From: Rhodothermales bacterium
GTDB taxonomy: Bacteria; Bacteroidota; Rhodothermia; Rhodothermales; JABDKH01
DNA: 64,000 nt
Reading direction: 5' to 3'
NCBI GenBank assembly: GCA_013002345.1
Contig: JABDKH010000200.1
Span: 664 to 64,663, forward strand
How positions within the stretch are numbered: the stretch's first letter is position 1; every line of letters starts with the position of its first letter. The notes under the pieces were generated by a model. That model was given only the letters and a program-made list of their open reading frames with translations. It was not told where the DNA came from and made no database searches. The position numbers and the translations under genes were made by a program. Below are positions 63,831 to 64,000 of the stretch, one piece after another.

Positions 63831-64000
63831 ATGAAAAAGGGCATACATCCCGACTACAAGATGGTCAAGGTTCGCCTTGCGGACGGCACGATCATCCAGA
63901 CGCGTTCCACCATGGACGTCGATACGTACGTGTCGGAGGTCGACAAGACCAACCATCCTTTCTACACGGGTCGGCGCCAGTACGTCGACACCGCCGGTCG
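63831..64000 (+). CDS. rpmE: 50S ribosomal protein L31 (5' partial, runs off the window), Cys-less form
   Basis: Manual translation from ATG 63831 gives MKKGIHPDYKMVKVRLADGTIIQTRSTMDVDTYVSEVDKTNHPFYTGRRQYVDTAG. The MKKGIHP and HPFYTG hallmarks are present. It is not in the ORF track because no stop falls inside the window. Confidence 0.88.
   Translation, partial: MKKGIHPDYKMVKVRLADGTIIQTRSTMDVDTYVSEVDKTNHPFYTGRRQYVDTAG

Overview
This is a gene-dense chromosomal window with about 55 CDSs and short intergenic gaps. It comes from a moderately GC-rich bacterium; spot counts gave roughly 55-65% GC. The gene content points to a Bacteroidota/Rhodothermota-like (FCB group) lineage: a giant SprA type IX secretion translocon, a Bat/vWA aerotolerance operon, Alternative Complex III followed directly by SCO and a caa3 oxidase, and a CarboxypepD_reg-type TonB receptor. 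Many proteins end in acidic tails, which may indicate a salt-adapted host. Main blocks: (1) 365-8963, a nine-gene translationally coupled Bat-type operon with an embedded sirtuin. (2) 9009-12874, tdk and the conserved dnaX-ybaB-recR cluster. (3) 12898-16531, an orphan fused ABC permease, a saccharopine-dehydrogenase-like gene and an SDR gene. (4) 16839-24842, sprA (2667 codons). (5) 24863-30059, small housekeeping genes (lipB, csp, ybeY, hpf, metF, a nucleosidase-like gene). (6) 30488-43602 on the minus strand, a respiratory supercluster of 12 genes (13 counting the trailing unknown ORF at 30062-30391): actABCDEF, a small membrane ORF, SCO and coxII-I-III-IV. (7) 43758-52655, a MATE exporter and envelope-polysaccharide genes (a GT2 fused to a degenerate phosphoglycosyltransferase scaffold, a WbaP-like transferase, a 7-bladed propeller) interleaved with accA, a thioesterase and nadC. 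(8) 52668-61565, GDPD, an SLC12-like cation-chloride cotransporter, a NatAB-like ABC-2 pump, and a TonB receptor with a coupled lipoprotein. (9) uvrB and the 5' part of rpmE. I saw no rRNA, tRNA, CRISPR array, transposase, integrase or phage genes. I do not see a clear new defence or mobile system; the window looks like core chromosome. The most unusual items are the sirtuin inside the Bat operon, the GT2-degenerate PGT fusion, the hyper-acidic Q/E-rich secreted protein in the Bat operon, lineage-specific inserts in SprA, and a few short repeat or palindrome motifs in regulatory gaps. All functional calls rest on motif and family recognition by eye. No database search was run.
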